The notes under the pieces: generated by a model | Database searches by the model: none | What the model saw: only the letters and a program-made list of their open reading frames with translations | What the model was told of the DNA's origin: nothing | Origin: a virus | Lineage: Duplodnaviria > Caudoviricetes | Virus record (IMG/VR): IMGVR_UViG_3300005764_000026 | Span: 1-47,067 of that record | DNA length: 47,067 nt | Strand: one strand, 5' to 3' | Program-made: the position numbers and the translations under genes | Shown here: positions 33,897-43,477 of the stretch, piece after piece | Layout: each line of letters opens with the position of its first letter | Numbering within the stretch: the stretch's first letter is position 1

Positions 33897-35765
33897 TTAG
33901 CCTCGATCCGGCGGCGTGAAGCGGCTCGAACCAGGCGCGCGCACCGCCTGTCTCGCGATCTCGACGATGCCGAAGACGAACCGATCGGGGTCGTCGGCCT
34001 GCACGTCGATGTGCTGGATGGTGATGTTGACGTCGTGCTTCGCCGGGCCGCCGGCGAAGATGTCGATGCCCTTCAAGAAGTCGCCGAAGTACTCGAGAAC
34101 CTCTTTGCCGACGAGACCGGCTTTGCCGACGTCGCGATAGGCCTGACCGATGCGAAGATTCGCCGCAAGCTCGAGAGCCTTTTGGACTTCCTCGTCGCCT
34201 GAGCGATCCTCGCCGCGCAAGATGGCTTGCGCACGGGCGATGCTCATGTCGAGGACGGTGCCTTCCTTTGGGCCGCCGAAAAGGCCGCTGGGCGCGGCGC
34301 CGAGCTTGGACATGAGCTCGTAGTTGATCGGGTCGCCGTGGAGAAGGCTCTTGACGTAGCCAAGCGCGCCGCCGCTCCGCCTAACCATCGCTTCGTGAAT
34401 CTTGGCGACGTCGATTTCGCCTGTCTTCGTAACGAGGCCTTTGGCGAGCGCCTCCTCGTAGAGATTCAGCGTTTGTCGGATATTGAGGTCGCCGGTTCCC
34501 ATTTCCGCGAACTTCGCGCGCTGCGCCTCGTGCTCTTCGGTGCGCTTCGCGTATCCCGCCGCGTCGTCCGCCAGAACCTTCAATGCGGCAGCGGCCGCCG
34601 TCGCGGCAGCGGCCAACACCCCGATCGGGCCGGATGCCGCGGTCAATGCGCCGCCGAGCCCCATGAGCTCCGAGCCGCGCTCGCCGAATCCGACGGCTTG
34701 ACCCACGGTGTACCCCATGAGCCCGCGCATCGCGTAGGGCATCGCGCTTGCCATGAGCGGCCCGAAAGCGCCGAGCGCCTTCTGTGTGCTGGCGCCGCCG
34801 ATGAACGATCCCATCTTGTTGCCCAAGGCCATGCTTCCGAAGAGCGCGCCGAGGCCGAGGAAGAGCTCCTTGTGATCGACGAGCAAGCGCACGACGTCGG
34901 AGAGCGCGGTGAACGCCGACGCGAGGCTCGAGCCGAAGCTCTTCGCGAAGTCGTCCAGGTCCTTTCGGTTCTTGTCGATCCATTCGTTCCAGCGCGCGAG
35001 CTCTTTGGTAATGGCCTCGAAGAGCGGCTTGCCGACGGCGCCGAAGAACATTTGCAGGTTGTCTTTCAGCGTCGACGTCACGCCGAGGAAGGTTTTGCCG
35101 AACTGTTTATTGATCTCCTGCATCTCCGGCGAGCGGAAGAGTTTCAGGAGAAAGTCGATGCGCCCGCGCTCATTCAGGCCGCGAAACGTCTCCATCGTGG
35201 TCTTGCCAGCGCCGAGAAGGAGCTGCGTGAAGACCTGGGTGTTCTTCACATTGCCCATGAGCATCTCGCGCAACTGCATTTGCGCGGTGCCACTATCGAC
35301 GCCGAACTGCTTCGCAGCGACGGATCCCATCTCCGACAACGTCTTGAATTCCTTCACGCTGGCGCCGCCCTGGAACGCCGACATTGAGATCGCTTGTCCC
35401 ATCTGGGCGACCTCTTCGGTCGTCACCGGCGCGGTTAGGCTGAATTGCTGGAAGCTCTTGACGATGTCCTGGGCATGGCGGCTCGCGTCGCCCCAACCCT
35501 CGCCGAAATTCATCATCATGACGCCAGCCATCGACGTCTTGATTTGTTGCATCTGATCGTTGAACCCGACGAGCGCGTCGTAGGCCTTGTGTCCGACGGC
35601 GATGGCGGCGACGGCTGCAAACGCCGTCTTGATCGAGCTCGCGGCGTCGTCGGCCGCCGTCTTCGTGCGCTTGAGCTCGTCGGTGACCTGCTTGACCTTC
35701 GGCGCGGCCTCGTCCTTTAGGCCGAGCCGGATGTTGATATCGTAGGTCGTCGTCGCGTCGGCCAT
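33897..35765 (-). CDS. tape measure protein
   Basis: 622 aa, Ala/Gly-rich helical, STLKDN motif; follows the tail chaperone. Confidence 0.8.
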   Translation of the reverse strand: MADATTTYDINIRLGLKDEAAPKVKQVTDELKRTKTAADDAASSIKTAFAAVAAIAVGHKAYDALVGFNDQMQQIKTSMAGVMMMNFGEGWGDASRHAQDIVKSFQQFSLTAPVTTEEVAQMGQAISMSAFQGGASVKEFKTLSEMGSVAAKQFGVDSGTAQMQLREMLMGNVKNTQVFTQLLLGAGKTTMETFRGLNERGRIDFLLKLFRSPEMQEINKQFGKTFLGVTSTLKDNLQMFFGAVGKPLFEAITKELARWNEWIDKNRKDLDDFAKSFGSSLASAFTALSDVVRLLVDHKELFLGLGALFGSMALGNKMGSFIGGASTQKALGAFGPLMASAMPYAMRGLMGYTVGQAVGFGERGSELMGLGGALTAASGPIGVLAAAATAAAAALKVLADDAAGYAKRTEEHEAQRAKFAEMGTGDLNIRQTLNLYEEALAKGLVTKTGEIDVAKIHEAMVRRSGGALGYVKSLLHGDPINYELMSKLGAAPSGLFGGPKEGTVLDMSIARAQAILRGEDRSGDEEVQKALELAANLRIGQAYRDVGKAGLVGKEVLEYFGDFLKGIDIFAGGPAKHDVNITIQHIDVQADDPDRFVFGIVEIARQAVRAPGSSRFTPPDRG

Positions 35766-35935
35766 CGGCTAACCCCGGTGGAACTTGTGGCCCGACGGGG
35801 CAATCGCCGGCGACGTGAGCTCGATCAGGTCACGTACCTGCGCGCAAAGGACATAGCGCTCGAAGATCGTCATTCGCAAGTAGTCCTCCCAACTGTACCC
35901 GCCCAAGTGCCAGGCAATGAAGGTGTACTCTTGCG

Positions 35936-36400
35936 TCAGCCGACGGACTGTCCAGCGATATAGTCCGCCTCGTCCGGGTCCTTCGGCAGCGGGGCGAGCT
36001 CCGACGGATCGACCGGCTCGCCCCTTTGCGCCAAATTTTCCTGGTCCTCTTTCGACAAGCCATTGAGCTCATTCCAAAGCGCCTCGACGAGGCGCGTCGT
36101 GCGGAGTGGCCAGTTGTCGAAATCGCGATAGGGAATCCCGTCGAGATTCACGCGAACGCCGTCCACTTGGACGATCGCCATGCGAACCTTTTCGCGTTGT
36201 GTCGCCATGAATGCGTGCTCGACCTTCTCGTAATCCCGCTTAGGCCCGAAGGTCTCTGCCCAGTTCGACGCTTCCATTTCGTCAGCCGATACCAGCTCGC
36301 GCATGACAATGTGACGAATGCAATGCCCCTCGGGAAGCGTCTTTCCGAGGAGCTTGCCGCGGTGAAGCGGCGTTCGGTTCAACAGTTTCGCGCGAGCCAT
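35936..36400 (-). CDS. tail assembly chaperone (probable -1 frameshift extension to 35717)
   Basis: Between tube and tape measure; slippery A AAT TTG at 36038-36032. Confidence 0.7.
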   Translation of the reverse strand: MARAKLLNRTPLHRGKLLGKTLPEGHCIRHIVMRELVSADEMEASNWAETFGPKRDYEKVEHAFMATQREKVRMAIVQVDGVRVNLDGIPYRDFDNWPLRTTRLVEALWNELNGLSKEDQENLAQRGEPVDPSELAPLPKDPDEADYIAGQSVG

Positions 36401-36415
36401 CTTCAGTCTCCTTTG

Positions 36416-36859
36416 TCAGAGCACTTGGGTTTTTCTCCTCTGGTAGCGGCCTTCAAGCTTCGTTTCGACGTAGTCCTTGCGTCCGCGCATGCCCTCGGAG
36501 TTGAACTTGCAGATACCGCGGTAGTACGTCGTGATCATGTCCTTCACGCCCGGGTCCCGGTAGCTGTAGAGGACCTGAATGCGGAGGTCCTCGGGCGGCA
36601 AGTGCTGCCGCTCGGTCTCGACGAGGTCGTCGAGAAATTGAATGAGCGCGGCGTCAAGGTTGTGCATCGTGAACGTCATTGCCCAACCATGATGCTGCCG
36701 GTCGTAGTCGGTCTCGGTCTCGCCGAGGAAATCTGTCTCTTTGAGGTCCTGTTGCGGCGTCACCTCGAGATCGATCACCTTCTTCCACGAGCCGAGGAGC
36801 GGCGCGCCGTTCAGGAGAAACTGGACGCTTACTTCTTCGCCGCGTTGACGGAGAGACAT
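36416..36859 (-). CDS. tail tube protein
   Basis: 147 aa directly after the sheath. Confidence 0.65.
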   Translation of the reverse strand: MSLRQRGEEVSVQFLLNGAPLLGSWKKVIDLEVTPQQDLKETDFLGETETDYDRQHHGWAMTFTMHNLDAALIQFLDDLVETERQHLPPEDLRIQVLYSYRDPGVKDMITTYYRGICKFNSEGMRGRKDYVETKLEGRYQRRKTQVL

Positions 36860-36868
36860 GACCGCCTC

Positions 36869-38350
36869 CTAGAGCCTCGACCGCGCGGCCGACATGGAGG
36901 CCGCCGGCGAAGTGCCTACGTCGACGATCGTGCCGGTCGCGATGTCAGTGCGCAGCACGATCACTTCCGTGTGTCCGATCAGTCGAACTTCCCAGAGGAT
37001 GATCTCGCGGTTCTGGGCGCGGTCCTCTGCCGTGCCGATCACTTTCACGCGGTAGTCCTCGACGATGCGGCCGGATGTTTTCAGGTTGTCCGAGAAGCTC
37101 GCGAGGCCGCCGGACATCTGCGCGCGCGCTTCGGCGCTGTTCGTCCCGTCGACGAACGGCGCGAGGAATTCGCCGCCCGATTGCTGCAAGTAATCGCGCT
37201 GCCGCCGGTCGACGAGCCGCGTGAAGCCGTCGGTCGCGATGCCCGAGCGGAAGCGGAATCCGCGCTTTTGGTGCTCGAAACTGCAGATGCCGTTCTTTCT
37301 CAAGGTGACGAGGTCGCCGCGCTTCAAGGCCTCGTTCTCGAGACCGAGGACGCTCGCGGTCTGCGAAAGCGTGGCCACCGCGCCAATGTGCACGTCGACG
37401 GCGTTCCGGCTCATGATCGACGCGGCGAACGTGTGCGGCGCGACGTCGACCTTGGTTCCGCTGGCGGGATCCAAAACCTTCGCGCCGTTGTAGAACCAGT
37501 AGATTCTCGGCGACGGCGTCGTGATCTGCGCCGTCTTCGCGGTCACCTCTTGCGCCGGCGTGTTTGTGAAGACGCCACTCCAGACAAAAAACGTGCGCTC
37601 ATTGGCCTCGGCTGCGAGCGTCACGATGCCCGTGTTCAATGTCGCGGGCGTCGGGGTCGCTTCGGGGACGAAGCACACCGAGACGCCTTCGGTATTGGCG
37701 ATGTCCGTTAGTCCGGTGAGATAGTCGGTCGTCGCGACGGTGCCATCGTCGCCGCCGGCGAGCGCGCCTGAACCATTCACCGGCCGGCCGGCACTGAGCT
37801 TGGTGAGGACGACGATATTGCCGTCGTCGTCGCCGACGACCGCGAGCGTATTGTCGTTCGTGCCACTGATGTCGAGGTTCTCGTACGAGACGAGGAGATT
37901 GCCGAGCGTCAGCTGGAGATTGAAATGGTTCGCGTTGCCGTCGGTCGGATCGACGATGGCATAGTTGACTTGGTTGCCCCAAATGCCGACGGAGCTCGCA
38001 TCGATCTTGAGCTTCGTGTCAGCGGTGACGGTCGCGGCGACGGCCGCCGACGCGGCGACGCGACGCACGTAGAGCGGCGCGAATTGCTTGCCGAGGAGCG
38101 CTTTGTAGCCTTCGCTGTAGAGCGCACCGCCCGGGGTAATGTCGCGGCCGCCGAAGACGGCATTGAAGCGCTCCGGCGTGTCGCAGAGAACGGCCCTATT
38201 CGTCGGGCCGCGCACGGTCTTGGTCGCCATGCCGACGGTCTGCATGTCGACGCCTTCGACCACTGCGGCCGCCGGGACCTCGTCGATGTAAACGCCCTCG
38301 AGCGCGTTCCAGTCGGCCGGGTTTCCTGAGTAGTAGATATCGGAGGCCAT
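36869..38350 (-). CDS. contractile tail sheath protein
   Basis: GVYIDE...RGP...F...FGG, LYVRRV, GIWGN, LAGGDDG. Confidence 0.88.
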   Translation of the reverse strand: MASDIYYSGNPADWNALEGVYIDEVPAAAVVEGVDMQTVGMATKTVRGPTNRAVLCDTPERFNAVFGGRDITPGGALYSEGYKALLGKQFAPLYVRRVAASAAVAATVTADTKLKIDASSVGIWGNQVNYAIVDPTDGNANHFNLQLTLGNLLVSYENLDISGTNDNTLAVVGDDDGNIVVLTKLSAGRPVNGSGALAGGDDGTVATTDYLTGLTDIANTEGVSVCFVPEATPTPATLNTGIVTLAAEANERTFFVWSGVFTNTPAQEVTAKTAQITTPSPRIYWFYNGAKVLDPASGTKVDVAPHTFAASIMSRNAVDVHIGAVATLSQTASVLGLENEALKRGDLVTLRKNGICSFEHQKRGFRFRSGIATDGFTRLVDRRQRDYLQQSGGEFLAPFVDGTNSAEARAQMSGGLASFSDNLKTSGRIVEDYRVKVIGTAEDRAQNREIILWEVRLIGHTEVIVLRTDIATGTIVDVGTSPAASMSAARSRL

Positions 38351-38360
38351 GCGCCGCTCC

Positions 38361-38987
38361 TCAGATAGGGGTTAGCGTCCCGTCGGGATTGACGCGGAAA
38401 TGGTCGACGTCCGGCGCGTTCCAGCCGAGCGGATCGTCGAGCGTTTGGCCGATGCCGAGTTGAAGATCGTGCATGAGGTAGGCGTCGGAGCGAATCGCGA
38501 GCGCAGGAACCTCGGCGGTCAGCGCGAGCGTCGACACGTGCCGCTGATCGGCCGGGATGAACGCCGCTTGATCCGACCACAGGTCCGAATCGAGACTGAA
38601 GCTCGCGTAAAAGAGCCCGACCGTCGGCGTCGACACGGAAAGCACCGGAACGCCAGCGCGCAGCGTGATCGAAAGGAAGAATTCCAGGATCGCGTCTTCG
38701 ATCTCGGCGCGTTGCTGCCGCGTCGCGTAGGCGAGCTGGAGTTGGATTACGGTCTCGAGAACGCCGACATCCATGATCGCCTGGCCCTCGCGCGGGGTGC
38801 TCGGATGCATGAGCACGGCTTGCTCGGGGAGGTAGTTCGACTGCATCGGGATGATCTCGAGCGCCGGATACCCGAGGACATGGTTCGGCATCGGCGCAAT
38901 CGCGGTGCGCGTCGCGAGCGCCGGGACCGCGGTCTCGATCGCCACGCGAAGCGCGTTGAAAGCCGCGTATCGGACCGCGTTAATCAC
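38361..38987 (-). CDS. putative tail terminator/completion protein
   Basis: Position before the sheath; 208 aa. Confidence 0.5.
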   Translation of the reverse strand: MINAVRYAAFNALRVAIETAVPALATRTAIAPMPNHVLGYPALEIIPMQSNYLPEQAVLMHPSTPREGQAIMDVGVLETVIQLQLAYATRQQRAEIEDAILEFFLSITLRAGVPVLSVSTPTVGLFYASFSLDSDLWSDQAAFIPADQRHVSTLALTAEVPALAIRSDAYLMHDLQLGIGQTLDDPLGWNAPDVDHFRVNPDGTLTPI

Positions 38988-39501
38988 CCGATCCTCCCAT
39001 TTGCTGGACGGGACCGGCGAACTGCGGCGGCTTCACCTCGTTTCGGAGCGACGCGACGATCTCTTTTTGCAGGCTCCGCATGATCGCCGGCATGTTCGAG
39101 CGAATGAAGTACTGCGGCCGGATGCCTTGGTTCTCGATCGTCGACACGGCGAGCGCGATCTGCTCGTCCAAGTACTCGCGGCTCCATGGGCCCTTGCCGA
39201 TGCGCTTGATCACCCAGGCGCCGATGCCGCGCCGCGTGCGCGCGTCGACCTTGCCGAGCGGCCCGCTGCCTTTCTCGAGGAGGCCGATGAAGCGCGATTT
39301 GTTTCTAAGGTTCGCGCCGTCGGCAAGCCGCTCGGCCTCCCATTTGCGTTTCAGGCCGCCGCCGAGCATGCCCGGCGTCACCTTGCGCACGACCGTCGCC
39401 TCGTCGGCCCAGTGCCAGCACGCGAAGAGCACGGCGGTGCGGATCTTCGTTTCGAGCTCCGCCATAACCCGCGGCAGGTCGTCGAGTGTCGTCGTCGGCA
39501 T
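38980..39501 (-). CDS. putative neck/tail completion protein
   Basis: TP...GLKRKW, LEKGS, GIRPQYFI resemble HK97 gp10-like proteins. Confidence 0.5.
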   Translation of the reverse strand: MPTTTLDDLPRVMAELETKIRTAVLFACWHWADEATVVRKVTPGMLGGGLKRKWEAERLADGANLRNKSRFIGLLEKGSGPLGKVDARTRRGIGAWVIKRIGKGPWSREYLDEQIALAVSTIENQGIRPQYFIRSNMPAIMRSLQKEIVASLRNEVKPPQFAGPVQQMGGSGD

Positions 39502-39504
39502 CGG

Positions 39505-39957
39505 CTACCAGTACCCGATCAGCTCCCACCGGCTCATGCAGCCGTCGCACGAGGACGGCGCGCCAGTGCGGAGCGCGGCGATCGGCGTACCGCCGCCGTC
39601 GCCGATGGGATAGGGATCCATTTCGACCGGGTTCCACTTGCCGGCCTCGAGCGCGCGCATCGTCTCCTCGCGCTCGCGGCGGAGCGCGCGGTCTTGATCG
39701 TCGGTGACGCGCAGGTATTGCTTGAGCCGGTAGACGGTCTCGGCGGCGGCGAGCGCGCGGATCGCGTCGGGAACCGGCGCGAACGGAACGTCGTAAAGCC
39801 GGCGCGCGAAGCCATCGATCCACGCATCGACCTCGCGTTGCGCCTGTTCGATCACGTCAGAATCGGCGAAGCCGTCTTGGTTGTAGTCCGAGAGATCGAG
39901 GAGCGCGCGCGGGCCGCCGGCCGCGATCTCGACCTCGGATTGGCTCGTGTAGCTCAT
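39505..39957 (-). CDS. Mu gp36-like (DUF1320) head-tail adaptor
   Basis: MSYTS..E...LLDLSD...IDGF...Y.VPF..VP. Confidence 0.8.
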   Translation of the reverse strand: MSYTSQSEVEIAAGGPRALLDLSDYNQDGFADSDVIEQAQREVDAWIDGFARRLYDVPFAPVPDAIRALAAAETVYRLKQYLRVTDDQDRALRREREETMRALEAGKWNPVEMDPYPIGDGGGTPIAALRTGAPSSCDGCMSRWELIGYW

Positions 39958-40517
39958 CTACGGCTCGGGCCTTTGGTCGTCGAATCCGGCGCTGGCTTCG
40001 GCGTCTCGTACGAGCTCGACGCGCTATCGCGGTGCGCGGGCGCGTCATGGTGCGACGGCGCGTCATGATGCGCCGGCGCGTGCTCGGGATGCTTGGCCGG
40101 ATCGTGCTCGGGATGCTTCGGATCAGCCTTGGGGTCGGCCTTCGGATCCGCGTTTGGGTCCTTGCCGTTATCCGGTTTCGTCGGGTCCTCGCCTGGCGGC
40201 TCGACGTCCAGCGTCTCGGTGTTGACGAGCTCGAGCGCCTGCGCCGGCGAAAGGCTCGTCCCGTCGACGACAGTCGGGTCGGGTCCGAAGCGAATGCCGG
40301 CGCGCATGAAGGACGGAACGCCCTTCGTGCGCACCGTGAATGAAGGCGTGCCCTTCGGCGGTTGTTTGAGGACGGGCGTCAAGAGGATCGCCGGCGTCGC
40401 GTTCGCCGCGGGCTTCGCCTTCACCATCTGCGCCGCGCTCGCGCTCTTGTCGGCGGCCTTATCCGGCGCCGGCGCGCTCTTGTCGGCGGCTTTCGTCGCC
40501 GCGTGTTGGTCGGCCAT
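39954..40517 (-). CDS. HI1506-like (Mu gp35 position) protein with low-complexity tails
   Basis: FMRAGIRFGP...L.VE core directly after the capsid gene. Confidence 0.55.
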   Translation of the reverse strand: MADQHAATKAADKSAPAPDKAADKSASAAQMVKAKPAANATPAILLTPVLKQPPKGTPSFTVRTKGVPSFMRAGIRFGPDPTVVDGTSLSPAQALELVNTETLDVEPPGEDPTKPDNGKDPNADPKADPKADPKHPEHDPAKHPEHAPAHHDAPSHHDAPAHRDSASSSYETPKPAPDSTTKGPSRR

Positions 40518-40531
40518 GGGTCGCTCCTTCC

Positions 40532-41464
40532 TTATGGCGGGGTCGTCGTCCCGTTCGAGCCCCACGCCGCTTGCCACATCGCGTAGCCGGCGTTGTCTCG
40601 GGTGTACGCCGACCACCTGAGGATCCGGCGCATGAAGTTCTCGTCGTCGGTTGGCCGATCCTGCGCGACGAACTGCACCGGCTCGCGCAACTGATGGACG
40701 AACGGCTTGATCCCGGATTGTGACTGGTCGACGAGGAACCAGTACGTCGGATGCTCGGACAGCCGATTCCAGACGTTCAGATTTACGATGCCCTTCAAGA
40801 CGTTCGTCTGGGACAAGCTGTTAATGACGATGACCTCTGCGTTCAGGATCTGCCGAGCGGTGTACTCGAGCGCCGGTCCGACGTAGAGGTCCGTCGGCGC
40901 GATTCGCAGCGCGCGGTTGTTGTCGTCTTTCAGCGACCGCATCTGGGCAATCGCGGCCGCAAGCGTGTCGGCACGGAAGATGTCCGTTCCCTTGTTGGAC
41001 TGCGTCGGCGCGCCCGTCGCGCCGCTGTTGTGATCGGTGTCGAAGAAAAACTGCCCGTCCCACGCCAGGCCGCTCGTCGAGCCGAATCCGTTCACCATCA
41101 AGGTGTAAATCAGGTCCTCGACGTGGTACGCGGCCTCGGCAGCGAGGTTCTCGATCTGCGGCCGCACGACGCCGAGCTGATCGTCCTCGAGATCCTCGCG
41201 CAGGAGCTCGATACCGCCTTGCCAGGTCTTGTTGACGAGCTGGAAGCCATAGGCCGACAGGCGCGAGAACTGCGCGTCGTCGAGCCATTCGCGGAGCTTC
41301 GGGAACGAGTTGGCCCAGACGTAGCGCTCACTGCGGCCCAGCGACGGGACTTCCTGTACGAGCGGATCAATGGTGAGCCGCTCGCGCATGGTCATGAACA
41401 CCTTGTTGAACAAGGTGTGGAATCGATAGTCAGCGTCGGCGAGTTTAGCTCTGTTGATAATCAT
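40532..41464 (-). CDS. Mu gpT-like major capsid protein
   Basis: PKLREW, N...I...REDLEDDQLG, DGQFFFDTDH, WFLVD....KPFVHQ.R, R.NAGY..WQ.A; start MIINRA. Confidence 0.9.
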   Translation of the reverse strand: MIINRAKLADADYRFHTLFNKVFMTMRERLTIDPLVQEVPSLGRSERYVWANSFPKLREWLDDAQFSRLSAYGFQLVNKTWQGGIELLREDLEDDQLGVVRPQIENLAAEAAYHVEDLIYTLMVNGFGSTSGLAWDGQFFFDTDHNSGATGAPTQSNKGTDIFRADTLAAAIAQMRSLKDDNNRALRIAPTDLYVGPALEYTARQILNAEVIVINSLSQTNVLKGIVNLNVWNRLSEHPTYWFLVDQSQSGIKPFVHQLREPVQFVAQDRPTDDENFMRRILRWSAYTRDNAGYAMWQAAWGSNGTTTPP

Positions 41465-41862
41465 GGCCCGACCTTGACCCAGACGCCGCCTTCGACGTCG
41501 AGCGAAAGGATCTCGCCTGCGAGGGTGTTGTTCGCGCCCGCCGTGTGCGAAACCGTGTGATCGTCCGTTGGGTAGCAGGGCTTGCCGCAATCGGCCTGGA
41601 CGATGTTGGCCGTGTCCAGATGAAAGACGCCGCGGCGCACGCGGATGTGCAGATCGCCATTCGCGCCGGCCGTGTTGTCGATCTCGAAGTCGGCGACCCC
41701 GACGACGTAATTCCCGGCGCCGTCGACGGCGGGCGCGGCGTAACCGCCGACGAGGCCGACGAGCGCGCCGTCGTAGATGTGGGTCGCCGCCTTGACCGGG
41801 TAGTCGACCGAAATAAAGATCTCTTTGGCGCGCGTATCGCGGCCAGCTTGAAGATTGGCCAT
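41461..41862 (-). CDS. capsid decoration/cement protein
   Basis: PVKA...IY.GALV...GYA.PA...VRRGVF...GVWV. Confidence 0.7.
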   Translation of the reverse strand: MANLQAGRDTRAKEIFISVDYPVKAATHIYDGALVGLVGGYAAPAVDGAGNYVVGVADFEIDNTAGANGDLHIRVRRGVFHLDTANIVQADCGKPCYPTDDHTVSHTAGANNTLAGEILSLDVEGGVWVKVGP

Positions 41863-41865
41863 GGG

Positions 41866-43128
41866 CTATTGCCTCCTCGGCGCGAAGCGGGCGAAATCGT
41901 CGTCGGACAGGCCGAGCTGGCCGTCGAGGATCTTGGCCTGCGCGCGGTCCTGCCGCGTCCTCTCGCCGAGCTCGGAGGCCGTCGGCTTGCTCTCGAGGCC
42001 CGACGGGACGATCTGCGGCAACTCATCGACGTAGGCCGTCGCCTCCTCGAGCGAGCGCGGCGCCGTCGCGAGGATCACGCGCTCGAAAGGCGTGCCGCCG
42101 CGCACGGGCTTTTTGTCCTCGCCGATCTTCTGGCCGACCTTGCCGCGCGCCCTGGCGATGAGCGCGTCGATCGCGGCCTCGCGCCGGTCGGTCTCGAGCC
42201 TGCCGAGCTCGCCTTCGAGCTCGCCGACCCGGGCGCGCGCCTGCGCGTGCGCGGTGCGCTCCGCCTCGAGCAATGAGCCAAGCTTGGCTTGCTCTCCCTT
42301 CAATTTCTCGACGGCGGCGAGGATCCCGTCCTCGGTTGCGTCGTCGGCAAGCCCGACGGCCGCCGCAAGTGCGGTCAATCGCTGCATGGGTTGCTCCTTC
42401 GGTGGGAGTAAAACGGGAACCAGCGTCGGCCGAGCGGCCAGGCGCGAAGCGAACGCGGCGCGGATGGATTCGATCCCGGTCCCGGAGACCGCGGGGACGT
42501 TCACCGCGGATGTCTCAGCGCCGACCGCGCCGGTGACGATGGCCTCGACGCGCATCCCGTCGACGCTGTCGCCGGGCATATGGTAGCAGTCGCCGGCGAG
42601 GAGCGGCGTCTGGCACACGGAGCATAGGAGCTCGCCGGTCGTATGCCAGCCGATCGAAAAGCGATCGAGGAGCCCAAGAAGCGCCTTTTCCACCGCCCAG
42701 GGCGCCGCGAGCTCGATCGACTGCAGAAACCTCGGCCCGGCGGCCTCCGAGAGGTCCAGTTTCGACGCGACGACGGTGCCGCCGCGCGCGTCGAGGTTTC
42801 TTTGCTGGTGGTCGCGGAGAAATGGGACGCCTCCGTAGGTCGGTGCGAGGTCTTCGAGGACCGGCAGCGGAAAGCGCACGAAATTGCGATTCGCCGCTGC
42901 GAGCTGGCGGAACGCGACGACGTCCATGGCGAGCTTCGGGACGTGCGTGCCGCCGCGGAGGCCGCGGAGGAGCTCGGCGGTGTGCCCGGCGTCGAGCGTA
43001 GAGGTTCCGCCGAGGACCCTTAAACCCGTGACTGCGCGATCGACGGTGGCAAGGTCGATCTCGAGCTCTACGGGTATCGCCCAGGGCGGCACCAAGGTTA
43101 AACGAAAGAAAATCTCGACTTTTGTCAA
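41866..43128 (-). CDS. prohead protease / scaffold fusion
   Basis: PFLRDH, FSIGW, CSVC..C.H.PG, ETSAVNVPA, then a coiled-coil C-terminus; true start uncertain. Confidence 0.75.
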   Translation of the reverse strand: MTKVEIFFRLTLVPPWAIPVELEIDLATVDRAVTGLRVLGGTSTLDAGHTAELLRGLRGGTHVPKLAMDVVAFRQLAAANRNFVRFPLPVLEDLAPTYGGVPFLRDHQQRNLDARGGTVVASKLDLSEAAGPRFLQSIELAAPWAVEKALLGLLDRFSIGWHTTGELLCSVCQTPLLAGDCYHMPGDSVDGMRVEAIVTGAVGAETSAVNVPAVSGTGIESIRAAFASRLAARPTLVPVLLPPKEQPMQRLTALAAAVGLADDATEDGILAAVEKLKGEQAKLGSLLEAERTAHAQARARVGELEGELGRLETDRREAAIDALIARARGKVGQKIGEDKKPVRGGTPFERVILATAPRSLEEATAYVDELPQIVPSGLESKPTASELGERTRQDRAQAKILDGQLGLSDDDFARFAPRRQ

Positions 43129-43159
43129 GCGATTCGGAAAATCCCGTCGCTGACGACGG

Positions 43160-43297
43160 CTATTTGAGCGGCAGATGCTCGAGCGCGAGGAGGATCGCGA
43201 CGATCAAGACGGGGATCCAGAGGGGAACCTTTCCGATCGCGGATCCGAGCGTCAAAATCAGGATGGCGAGAGAGAGAATCAGGGTGACGGTCAGCAT
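43160..43297 (-). CDS. 45-aa two-TM membrane protein (holin-like?), absent from the ORF track
   Basis: MLTVTLILSLAILILTLGSAIGKVPLWIPVLIVAILLALEHLPLK with AAGGAG RBS. Confidence 0.6.
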   Translation of the reverse strand: MLTVTLILSLAILILTLGSAIGKVPLWIPVLIVAILLALEHLPLK

Positions 43298-43477
43298 GCG
43301 AGGCTCCTTTTCAGGGTTTCGGAGGCCTTTGGGCCGCGCGCGCGGCCGGGCAGCGGCTCAAATGGGCGCTGCAATCGCTCGCGAGCATGCGCATCCCGCA
43401 CCGCGAGCACACAAAGAGCGCGTTTTCGGCGTGCAGCGCCCGCCGCTTGTCGGCAAATGACCGGTGAATCCACCGAT

